The notes below the pieces were generated by a model, which made no database searches, was not told where the DNA came from, and was given only the letters and a program-made list of their open reading frames with translations. From Octopus sinensis (taxonomy: Eukaryota), in NCBI RefSeq assembly GCF_006345805.1, contig NC_043011.1:37522464-37586463 (forward strand): a stretch of DNA of 64,000 bases, written 5' to 3'. Shown here piece by piece: positions 13,641-25,085 of this stretch. The translations under genes were made by a program, and so were the position numbers. Each line of letters begins with the position of its first letter. Position 1 is the first letter of the stretch.

Positions 13641-16309
13641 TGCAGGGTGTCACCCCAACACACGGACACCAACACTAGAAACAATTTAAGATTAAAATCT
13701 TCCGAAAATAGAGAATCTGGATTGGTACAAACAACCACTAAATTTGACAGCTAAATATCTTGAAACTTATACCAGATATTTAAAATAACAGTTTGCGCTA
13801 AATAGTCATAACTATGCTACAAGTTTAATAACAACCAATGCATTAATGACGAGTTAATGTCAGCCCTTTGGTTGTATCGTGTGTTTTTAACGAAGAATCT
13901 CTAATATTCTAATACAAAGTTTCTGATATCAACAGGAACAACATATTTCGAAAACAAAATCCCCGGAGAGCTTTAATGTTGATGTTACTGGGTATTACGT
14001 TCAATGAATGCATAGATTAAAACTGTTGCCATAGATGCGTCAAGACGTGTGAATCATGGCTTAAGAATCATTGCCATACAATATAGATAAATCTGCTTCA
14101 CTGGTACATGGCCTACGTTCACTACGTGTTGTTGGTAACAGTAGCAGAAAATGATGTGGATATATTATTCACGTTGTAGCAGGTGTTTATGTCAACTGAA
14201 TAGATCGTTACTTTCTACAATCTCTATTAAAGCTTAAAATTGACGAGATGCACAGAAACCTGAACCAAATACAACGGAAACTGACATACATTGCGCTTTT
14301 AAAAAGACATATTTCAAGTAGGGAAGATATATATATATATATATATATATATGAGTAGAGAGAGAGAGAGAGAGAGAGAGGGAGATAGAGAGATGATAGA
14401 GAAGAAGAATTTAGAATATAATTAAAGACAAAGAACAATGGATTAAAGAAAATGAAAAATGGTGTTTTTGAGACATACGACGAACTATTATAATTAGGAC
14501 CTAAATTTCACACAAATTACACCGTACAATTTCGAAATGGGAGAAAGTATTCTTAAAACAAGCATTCATATTTCTGTGGTAAAGAAGTGTACCCACGAGA
14601 TTCGAGCTCGGTTCTTTTCCATATTTTTGTGAATCTGAAGTTCGATTCGCATCTACATGGTTTTAGGCTCACTCCCCTTCGGTGACATGTATAATATACA
14701 GATATAATTGTGTGGTTAAGAAATTCGCTTTCTCTTCACGAGATTCAGGCTCAGTTTCTGCTGCTGTGTGTTTAGATAATAAGTTCGTACCGAAACCACG
14801 TCGTTGCGACTAAGTGTCCTTGCGAGCCATATCGTATAATATGCAGGAATCATTGTGTAGTTATGAAGATTGCTTCACATCCACGCGTCAATCGGACTCA
14901 ACTCCCCTGCAAGGCATCTAGGTGATATGCTCTCTGTTATAGCATCGATGGGCTAATGCTAGTTCGGTTTCCCCCAGTAATGTATCGGCTCGACAAAAAA
15001 CATCAGACAATAAATATGATGCTTAAATAGAATGCTGGAATCGTCTAAGTTGTTGCTCAATAATGGCTGCAAACTAATGACTGAAAAATACAAACCATTA
15101 AAAGAGTAAGAGAATCTTAGATGCAATATTTCAAACAATCGACAAAAGGAGAATAGAACAGGATGGGCATGGTTGTATTGTCTCTCATTTATGGCTTGTA
15201 CGATCAAGGCCGCTATCATAGGAAACCAACACTAGAAAACATCCCAAGAAATTCTAAAATCACATTTGCGCAGCCAAAATGGAGAGCACACAAAATCAAT
15301 TGATTTTATGAACATGAAAAGCAAGTCCAGGACTGATGGAAATTTCCAAGTGTTAACCAATGAAATAGAGAGAAAATGCATTTACAACGTCACAACAAAT
15401 ATATTTTGAAATCTTAATTTTAAGTAAATTTGTTCGGCTATTTCAGACTACTTGTAAAATGTCTGTCGTTCTAGTAATTATAGGAAGAATTAGTTTCCAA
15501 ATAAGTTTTGACATATCCAGAAAGTTTCTGTTTAAAAGAGACTCGAGTGTAATTTAACTTTCCCAGTATATTGTATCGTTCTATGGACTGTTGCCACAGG
15601 CTAGACACCACATCTCACACGAATACGTGCTCAAAGAGACAAACATACGTAATATACACAAGTAGATACACTATACACATACACACTCAAACATAGACAT
15701 GAAGGTTCATGCTCAAGAGGTTAAGGTTGTGATCTCGCGACATTAAAGCTGTGGGTTCGATATTTGGACAAGTTTGCGCATTTTGTTCTTAAGTTAGGCA
15801 TTTTTATTCGATACCGAAACTGCCTGAGGGATAACACGGTCCAGCAGTTACCCCCTTCAGTTTAGGATGGAACAGAAATTTGAGTGTCGTGTGGGTGTCT
15901 ATACCAGCTTGTGATTACATAAGCACTTCACAGAATTTAGGGTAGCATAGGACAAGATTACATTTTATACTAGCTGGCGAGTGAGTGCTATGATTTATAC
16001 AAATATATGTACCTTGTTGGGACGGTGTATATATCTGGGGTTAAGAGAGAAACATTTGAATATTATTCACTTTAAACTGAGTTGCCGAGAGTAATAGGTA
16101 ATAAACTACTGAACTGAAGTGCACAATCCACTACCCTTTCCAAAAACCAAGCGCACAGCCCTATATTCGTGCGTTCATCAACCTTACCACTATACAAAAG
16201 TTTTTCTTTTAATAGTATATATTCTCTATTGAAATCATTTTCCAGCTCTTTTACAAACTTTTCCTTCTAATTACGGCTGTTGACTTGTATTATTTCTGCT
16301 ATGATAATG

Positions 16310-17636
16310 GTTGCAGTGTTATTCGAACATTAATCTTGCATTACTCATATGATATAGTAAATTCATAAAGTAGTACCGTAATAATAGCGAAAAGTAAAGA
16401 ACTCACAAATTCAGTGACAAACTTAATTATTGAACAGTGGAAAGCAGGCAAAAGTTACAGGAAAATATCAGAGACCCTTTGTATTCCATTTTCTGCCATA
16501 TCTTCATTTATTCAAAGATATAAAAAAATCGGGAACTGTTAAAATCAGAATAAGATCCGGTGCACCACGCAAGATTTCCCCTAGATCTTTAACAAAAATG
16601 AAGCGAAGAATCGGAAAAAAAAACGCAATGATCACCAGAAAGGAGTTGCAAGAAGAATTGTTAGCTTCACAGACCAGTGTTACACTACGAACAATCAGCA
16701 ATGAACTTCATAGGAATGAACTGAAATCATGGTCTCCTAGAAAAACTCCGCTGTTGACTAAAAGGCATAGAGATGCCCGTTTAAAATTTGTTTATGAACA
16801 TAAAGATAAATCTGATACATTCTGGGAAAATGTTCTAAGGACAGACGAGTCGAAACTTGAATTGTTTGGACGAAATTCGCGTAGACATGTTCGTAGGAAA
16901 GATGGTACCGCCTATTCGCCGAAAAACACAATTCCTACTGTAAAGTTTGGAGGTGGCAACATCATGGTGTGGGGGTGTTTCTCTGCAAATGGTACTAGCA
17001 ATTTACATGTGATAAGTTGGTAGAATGAATGCAGAGATGTACCAAAATATTTTGAACAATGATTTATGGGACTCTGTAGAAAAGCTCCAGCATTGTGATG
17101 GGTCTGTTTTACAACAGGATAGTTATCCTAAGCACACGTTGATGTCTACCAAAAAATGGATTGTCTATCACAATATAAAATTATAAGAATCGCCAAGCCA
17201 ATCTCCTGATTTGAACCCCATTGAAAATTTGTGGCATTATTTGAAAATTAAAATTCCTTCAAGAGCCCCAACATGCATTGCAGATTTCAAGAAAATTTGT
17301 CAAGAAGAATGGGAAAAAATTCCTAAAGAAACATGCAAGTCATCGATTAAGAACTACAAGAATAGATTGGTTGCAGTGGAACTGAATAATGGTTATGCTA
17401 CGAAGTATTAAATCATAATTATCAGTTATTTATGTTCTATACGAATACTTTTTTCACCTCTATATATTTATAATTGAATATATATTCCTTAGTTACTATA
17501 ATTTATTAGTTTCTTTCGCATATTCTTAGTTTATGCATGTGTATGCAAATATAGTATTGGTATATCCCATTTATGTTCATTAGAATTTAAATAAATAAAG
17601 AATTTTTACATGTACAAATAATTATTTCCCCCACTG
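16310..17636 (+). mobile_element. Tc1-family DNA transposon with DD34E transposase pseudogene; right TIR present, left TIR not found
   Basis: Coding from ~16384 (start apparently ATG>ATA, AKSKEL...) through [38 protein letters not shown], then 34 residues to E in SPDLNPIENLW, ending GYATKY* at 17411. Frameshifts near 16525 and 17015 and one internal stop. The right end reads CAGTGGGGGAAATAATTATTTG on the minus strand and is followed by TA. Confidence 0.95.
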
Positions 17637-17714
<78 letters not shown>

Positions 17715-18404
17715 TGTATGTATGTATGTATGTATGTATGTATGTATGTATGCATGTATAAGCCATAATGTTAATACACATAAACCCAGTTATATCTGAA
17801 AGTTTTTGTGATGTTAATCTCCGAAATAAGCCATGTAGTCTTAATGGTGTGAGAGAAATAAATCTCAAGGAGTAGAATCTGTTGACGCTGGATTTAGACG
17901 CAAAATAACTCATATGTTGGGGAAAATATTACGCAGAAAAAATAGGAAGAAATATAATATTTGAGATACAATCTGATCCATTAAATCTCTAATTAAAATT
18001 TAAGTTGTCTAAAAGAAGGCTAATCCTTTAAATTCCTAATCCCCCAACTTATCCTAATCGATAATGCTGCAAATTATACATTTTAAACAAAACACAAGGA
18101 AGATATACTTGCTGTAAAAAACATGAAGCCCATAATCCGAGCTGACAACTGCCGCATGGTCAGAGGTATACACCAACAATCGAAAAGTGATGCGAATATA
18201 GCTGATGAAGACCAGGTCTGTTAAGCAGAAAGTACTCAGAAACTGTATGATATAGAGGGCGCATATACAAATCATATAAGCCAAGAAACTCAATGTTGGA
18301 ACATTCAATGTTCATACACACACACACACACACACACGTAGATGCATATGTGTGTGTGTATGTGTGTCTGCGTGTGTGTGTGTGTCTATGTATATGTATA
18401 TATT

Positions 18405-18470
18405 TTTTATTTTTTATTTTTTATTTTATCTAGTTTCAGCTCACGAGCTGTGGCCATGCTGGGGCACCGC
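18405..18470 (-). mobile_element. Tail-only retroposon fragment
   Basis: Minus strand reads GGTGCCCCAGCATGGCCACAGCTCGTGAGCTGAAACTAG followed by a (TAAAAAA)n-like tail. Confidence 0.65.
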
Positions 18471-18628
18471 ATATATATATAATATAATATATATATAATA
18501 TATATATATATATAATATAATATACCGGAGTAAACACATAAATGTGAAACAAGGTGGAAAAAAGAGTACTCAAATACTAGTGGTAGAGTAATATGCTTTA
18601 TTTTAAGCAGCAGAAAATTCAACAAAAT

Positions 18629-18666
18629 CTGTTACTCTGAGTTTCTCGTTGCCGTTCATCAGACAG
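18629..18666 (-). ncRNA. Minimal type I hammerhead ribozyme motif
   Basis: CTGT-CTGATGA-ACGGCAACGA-GAAA-CT-CAG-AG-TA-ACAG: stem I CTGT/ACAG, intact core, stem III with GUA cleavage triplet. Stem II is weak (CG-GCAA-CG with an A.A closing mismatch). Confidence 0.7.
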
Positions 18667-19040
18667 TTTTTGCTAGAATGGAACCGATATATCAATTCAA
18701 TCTAGACTCTTACAACCGCTACACATTTAAAAAGAAATGGGCTTGTTTGATTGGCCCTTTAGAAAAAAACGGTCAATCTTCGAGCGATAAACAAAAAGGT
18801 CAAAACTTTCTTCATTAATGTCATATGTATTTTATTCAATGTAAGGTTTTTTCCTCGGATTTTATAATTTTTATAAGCTTTTTATATATATATACATATA
18901 TTTTTGACCTTTTTGTTTATCGCTCGAAGATTGACCGTTTTTTTCTAAAGGGCCAATCAAACAAGTCCATTTCTTTTTAAAGGTGTAGCGTTTGTAAGAG
19001 TCTAGATTGAATTGATATATCGGTTCCATTCTAGCAAAAA

Positions 19041-19078
19041 CTGTCTGATGAACGGCAAAGAGAAACTCAGAGTAACAG
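19041..19078 (+). ncRNA. Minimal type I hammerhead ribozyme motif
   Basis: CTGT-CTGATGA-ACGGCAAAGA-GAAA-CTCAGAG-TA-ACAG. The core is intact; stem II has one more mismatch than the 18629 copy. Confidence 0.65.
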
Positions 19079-19300
19079 ATTTTGTTGAATTTTCTGCTGC
19101 TTAAAATAAAGTATAATATGATATATATATAATACAAATAAGAAAATGGAGAAATAAAATTTGGTTTGTTCATCACCCCGTTTAATACAATAAATGACTT
19201 AATTGCACTGCAATTAAAAACACTTATGTATTAAGAATTTGGGTACTTTACCAACAGTATATTGGATAAATGCTATCCCATAGTGGGTTATACCCATAAC

Positions 19301-19353
<53 letters not shown>

Positions 19354-19682
19354 GTGTGTGTCTGTGTGTGCAACATGTTTTCAAACTATTTTTCTCCACG
19401 TCACTGTTTAGTATATAAATACTTTTCTTTCAATTCACCTTAGTATGGAAATCACCTTGTCAAGCCTCATAACAATTTTTAATGATAGCCACCCCCACAC
19501 ATTTTTTTTTCCTGTGCTTTCTCCTATTTATGATAAATATTGAAAAACCAACAAAACAAAAATTACAAAGAACTGGCCAATACTTGAATAGAATTTTCAA
19601 TGCACTCTCCTTTCACGTGGCGTCCGTGTTGCAAGTATGTATGCAAAAATAATACCTATTAATTTCTAAAAAATACATTTTA

Positions 19683-19960
<278 letters not shown>

Positions 19961-19974
19961 AACAAAAAAACAAG

Positions 19975-20135
19975 AACAACATCGAAATTGACCTAAGGAA
20001 TAAGAACCCAGGTTCGAAATTTCACCAAGATACCTAATGAAGGCTGGAGGGTATATCAGCCGAAACGTTGTGTTAACAACAAACAAGATGGGGGGAAAAT
20101 ATCAGTCAAATGTAAATAATATAAATAATGTAGAT
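19975..20135 (+). mobile_element. Short retroelement end carrying a hammerhead motif at 20029-20074 with a core substitution
   Basis: GATAC-CTAATGA-A-GGCTG-gagggtatat-CAGCC-GAAA-CG-TT-GTGTT: stems I and II and a palindromic AACGTT stem III. The core reads CTAATGA rather than CTGANGA. Confidence 0.65.
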
Positions 20136-20469
20136 CTTACGTTGACTTTAAAATATTTCTCTGATTATCTCCCTTGAAAGCACGCTCATGGTTTCCACGT
20201 AATGTATGGCGGCGTTGCTGATTCTAAAGTTTCTGATTTTCGTTTCTCTATTACTAATTTTACTCGCGACTCAATCTTAATAGAAAATGATGCATAAAGA
20301 AATCAAACTACATAAACAAGCGCAACAATATCGCCCAGAAATTCAATAACACTAACATGTTCTGTAATAATAATAAATTCAATTTATCCTCGACAATTTA
20401 TAGTTTTACCACTTTTGAATATATCGCTCCTGTTTCAAACCTCTTACTTCCTTGATAATTGCATTTCTA

Positions 20470-20688
20470 ACTCTGCCTTGAAGAAAGCTTTACTTTTTGG
20501 ACTTATGTGTTTGTGCATGAAGATGTTAAACCCCCGTTAACAGAACTGTATGGGGGTCCTTTCCGTTTTCTTTCACGCACGGATAATTTTTTCACTATAG
20601 ACCTTAATAGTCGTAAACACACTGTATCAGTGGATAGACTAAAACGGAGCCTTCGTAGAGAAAAAAGTCCCTGTTCCCATTGCGGATG

Positions 20689-20690
<2 letters not shown>
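20470..20690 (+). pseudogene. Ty3/Gypsy integrase C-terminal fragment
   Basis: VFVHEDVKPPLTELYGGPFRFLSRTDNFFTIDLNSRKHTVSVDRLK matches the GPF/Y...VSVDRLK motif typical of Gypsy integrase C-termini. Confidence 0.78.
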
Positions 20691-20720
<30 letters not shown>

Positions 20721-20778
20721 ACACACACAGCATTTCAAACACGGCCTATACACCCATCTTCACATTCCATAACTACCC

Positions 20779-20989
20779 TTGGGATCGATCAGGCAATGGA
20801 CAAGGTTTCTGGATTATTTTTCCGATTTTTTTTACTTAATTTTGAGAGCGGTCGGGTTCATTTTTTATATTTTCATTTGTGACAGCAGTAGAGTTTATTT
20901 AAGATATTCTCATTTTAAAAATCATCAATAGGTTTGAGGACGTTGGTATTGCCGTGGCGGAGGTTTGTGCTTTCGTAGTGCTTTTGCTA
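20779..20989 (+). mobile_element. Non-autonomous Helentron/HINE-like element end
   Basis: Ends in CCGTGGCGGAGGTTTGTGCTTTCGTAGTGCTTTTGCTA, resembling from memory the subterminal GGCGGAGGT motif and end of Helentron-associated elements. GGATCGATC motif upstream. Confidence 0.45.
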
Positions 20990-21004
20990 TTATTATGATT
21001 ATTA

Positions 21005-21220
21005 AGGCCGTGAGATGGCAGAATCGTTAAACACACCGGGCAAAATGCTTAACCGCATTTCATCCGTCTTTATGTTCTGAGTTCAAATTCTGCCGCAATT
21101 GACTCTGCCTTTCATCCTTTGGGAGTCAATAGAATAAGAACCAGTTAATCACTGGGGTCGATTTAATCGACTTAGCCTCTTCACCGAAATTACCGGCCTT
21201 GTGCCAAAATTTGAAAACAC
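21005..21220 (+). mobile_element. SINE family B
   Basis: Head AGGCCGTGAGATGGCAGAATCGTTA, B-box GAGTTCAAATTC, core GCCTTTCATCCTTT, tail GTGCCAAAATTTGAAA followed by (ATT)n. Confidence 0.85.
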
Positions 21221-21275
21221 TATTATTATCATTATAATAATAATAATAATAATTATTATTATTATAATTATTATT

Positions 21276-21306
<31 letters not shown>

Positions 21307-22149
21307 TATTATTATTATTAATACTAATAATAGTATTTTCATAACACCTTTCTTGCCATAATATTTGTATAAACATTATTTGTTTTACAATATGATATTG
21401 CTTTTTAATTGATTAGAACATTTAAGTGCAGAAATAATCAAAAGCAGACAGACGTGACACCATTGTTTACGCCAGAATTATTCTTTTAATATTAATTAAA
21501 TGCAAAAAAAAATAATAAAATAAAAGATTGGCGTCAATTTAGAGAGAATTATCAGAGATGGACAAGTGCGAACTAAACATTTCCCCTTCACTGAACAAGA
21601 GAAGGGGAAACGCATGCGATTTGTTCTCATCTTAGTGTTACTATGACAGTAGTTCACGTCAAGAATATGAGGACAAATTTCAAGAATAAATGAACCGCGT
21701 GTTATATCACCATTTCCTCATCACTTTAATCATCACTACATCCAAATCTACCAGACCCATTAAAATTACCACTCTGCTTGGAGTGGCGTTAACAAGAAAA
21801 TCACCGCCCCTGCTTCTTGTAGCAAAAACACCAGCAAGAACAACAAGCATATTAACAACTGTAGTCACTTCATCGCCGTCGACGCTAACAACGGCTAGTC
21901 ATCCATTACCTTGTAGCTTTGAGATTTCAATGACGTGATTGGTTATTTTTAGAATAAAATTGCAGGGTAAGTGTAAAAGACCGGACCTGGCCAGATTGAA
22001 GTAAAAGTGGTAGATTATTTTAACTGGATATAACTGGCTTAAAAACGAAAGGATTTTCTGGAGTACACTACAAAGACTAGGTTTGAATAGCAATAACAGA
22101 ACAAACGCCATAACGTGGCCGCCATGAACACAATGCTATCATAAAAGAC

Positions 22150-22355
22150 TCAAATTTTTGAACAAGACCAGCAAGTTCGAAAGAGGAAGCAAGTCGATTG
22201 CATAGACCCCACATCTCAGATGCTACTTATTTTCATGATCCCGAAACGATGGAAACGCGAAGTAGACTTGGTGGTATTTGAACTCTGAATGTAAAGATAG
22301 TTGAAATGCCGCTAAGCTCTCTAGCCCGGCGTGCTAACTGTTCTGCCAGCTCGCC
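22150..22355 (-). mobile_element. Degenerate SINE family B copy
   Basis: Reverse-complement match to the family B head and core (ATTTGAACTCTGAATGTAAAG...CTAACTGTTCTGCCAGCTCGCC). Confidence 0.65.
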
Positions 22356-22359
22356 ATCT

Positions 22360-22669
22360 TAGATGGCTTGTTTGTTCCTTCCCGAGCCATGCCTGGCTGA
22401 TAAGGGTCGGTTTCCTGGTTTCCTTGGCGTATAGGTTCCCCACCTGGACGGGACGCCGGTGCGTCGCAGGTGAGCTGCAAGATGCAGGAGGAAAGGGTGA
22501 GAGGAAGTTGTGGCGAAAGAATCAGCAGAAGTTCGCCCTTACCTTCTGCCGAAGCCGCGTGGAGCTTAGGTGTTTCGCCCATAAACACACACATCGCCTG
22601 GTCTGAGATTCGAACCCGCGATCACTCGACTGCGAGTCCGCTGCTCTAACCACTAGGCCATGTGCCTCC
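22360..22669 (-). mobile_element. tRNA-derived SINE family D
   Basis: Minus strand reads GGAGGCACATGGCCTAGTGGTTAGAGCAGCGG (A box)...GGGTTCGAATCTC (B box). Related heads at 24888 and 53545. Confidence 0.85.
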
Positions 22670-23472
22670 ACATAATAAACATTATCACCACCAACCCTAT
22701 GTCTAGCACATCTAACGTCCTTGTATTGACAAGCAACAGCAGCTACGTAGTCAATGTGAAAACAATGTTTATTGACTAGAAGTAGGGTTTCCTTGAAAAC
22801 AGCAAATAAATAAATATATATATCATTCATGTGGTAAGAAAGAAGTATGAACTGTACAAATGATTCATGAGATCATACAATTTACAAACATATGGAACTG
22901 AATGTAAAAGTGACCAGGGAATAGAGAAAAGAATTGAAGCTGACCATTCTAACTCAAGTACAGAAATGATTGAAATTGTAGAATTTAGTCTGGATACATC
23001 CATCTCTCATACGATTTGGGGCAGTGTAAGCAGACTTCTCTCAAAAGTATATGTTAGAAAGCATTTTATTATACAATGCAGTACCACGGATTTAATGTTA
23101 TTTTCATATACATGATCCCTAATGGCAGAGAGATGGAAAAACAGGTATGTTCCACTAGTGATCGATATGTCAGGTAGACAACGGTATCCATTGTACTGAA
23201 AGATACGTGAAAGCAATCTTCGATGCAAAGTGGGTTCATAGAGAATTGATCGTGGGTCGGCCTGAAAGACCTGCTAGAGAAAAAAAAAATGTAAAATTCT
23301 GGAAGAGATAACCGATGAGATAGACCAGTACAATACTAACATTTGGAAGTGTTTAGGAAAATTAATCTGTAAACTAAACTAGTCTTATGGTATGACATCA
23401 ACTAATCTCAGGGTGTTGTATTTGTTGACGCTAGATGTAGATGCAGAAATATCACATATGTTTGGAAAAGCA

Positions 23473-23513
<41 letters not shown>

Positions 23514-24525
23514 ACAGTGTTACAATATTTGGAAAACAAGCTGATCCATGAAATCAGTATCAGTTTGTGTCATAGTGAGCAGAGGGTTCAAGTACCATAA
23601 AAACTGTAACGCTAATAATTTAAATGTCTTCTGCTAAATCTAAACTGCAAAAATCTGTAATACTGTTTAATATCAGAAGGATTCGCTGTTCTTGTACATC
23701 AAGAAGAGGCTTTATACAAATAAGGAGGTCGGACACTAACGAATTTTCGTAATGTCGATTTTGGTAGCGTCCATCAGTCACATGAAAGAGTGACATAGAG
23801 ACGCTGTCATCGGTTCGAGTTTTCAAAGTACAGCTTAGATCGAACTACTTTATCTACAATAATACATCTCTATTTCAAAACGGTTAGGACTTCGTTAAGA
23901 AGACGATCATTAGGATTTCATCGTGTGAACATGACTTCAATCTCACGTCAGATGGGCTGTAAACGCTTGGATTGTTTTGATGGAGCGGACAGTTTTTTTA
24001 TTTTTGTAGATTGGCATAATTTCATAACTCCTATACGTGTACAAATACGTTACGATTCTTTCTTTCTTCACAAGAAAAAAAAACTAGTGCGATATATCTT
24101 TCTAAGGCAAGCACACAAGGTGAAATTAACAAATACAGTACAGAATGATTTGAGGAAAACTTTTGTCCGTTTATCTAGCAAATCAAGAGACTGCAGAGGA
24201 GCTCCCTCACTGGCATATTTTGGATATTTCTAAGGAAATAATCAAAGTGTGCATCCTTAAAGTGGCTACTTCTAACCGCACAGAAATTGATTTGTTTAAC
24301 GACAACGTATGCATTGCCAGAGGTGAGACTTCATAACTATTATCTAAATATCAATATCAGTCTCTGTATTGTGATTAGTTCTACAGAAATTCCTTTCGCT
24401 GGAGAAATAGAATTTGTCAAGACATCACTGTTAATTATGGATTAGCAGAACATTTTTATAATCATCTTAAGTATTCCGAACAGATACTAAAGTTCTGTAT
24501 TGAGAGATTTGCCAACAGCATCGGA

Positions 24526-24572
<47 letters not shown>

Positions 24573-24887
24573 TAATAATAATAATAATAATAATCACCAT
24601 CAATACTATCATTCTGCCAACACCGCTGCCATGCTACACAATTTAAAGAATGTCATATTGGCTAACGATATCAACACAACAACTACCAACGCCATGACAC
24701 TTCGCTTACAGCATCGCTGCACATTATGACAACGAAGTAACATCCTTGCCAACGGTTGCAGTACCAAAGACCCGTTTCCTAGTATCAATTAGCGTTGTCA
24801 TCCAACCATCACCAGAATCACACTTCGCCAGTGCCGTTGTTACGCGTTACCAACAGCGCAAAGTCATATGTGTAACAACAACAGAGT

Positions 24888-25085
24888 GGAGGAGCAATCG
24901 CACAGAGGTTAGGGCAGCGGACTCGCGGTCGTAAGAACGTGGTTTCGATTCCTAGACCGGGTATTGTGAGTGTTTATTTAGCAAAAATACCTAAGCTCCA
25001 CGAGGCTCTGGTGGGGGTAGGGTGGGGGTGAACTCCGCTGTACTCTTTCACCACAACTTTCTCTCACTCTCTCTTCCTACTTCTG
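24888..25085 (+). mobile_element. tRNA-derived SINE family D
   Basis: GGTTAGGGCAGCGGACTCGCGGTC...GGTTTCGATTCCTAGACCGGG head and CCTAAGCTCCACGAGGCT body, as in the 22360 and 53545 copies. Confidence 0.8.

Larger units (their letters stand above)
18524..19111. mobile_element. Penelope-type pLTR-like repeat in two divergent (inverted) copies with 210-bp arms
   Basis: 18596-18805 is the reverse complement of 18902-19111 (about 4 mismatches) with a 96-bp spacer. Each arm carries a hammerhead motif. The minus copy continues to 18524 and ends in (TA)n. Penelope assignment is inferred from the hammerhead and the inverted arrangement. Confidence 0.75.

Noticed and set aside
16310-16335. CAGTGTTATTCG as the left TIR of the Tc1 element
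   Set aside because: It matches the right TIR (CAGTGGGGGAAATAA) only in the first 5 bp, so the left end is treated as missing.
18196-18240. CTGATGA followed by an AGAC/GTCT hairpin
   Set aside because: GAAA does not follow the hairpin directly, and no stem I or III can be formed.
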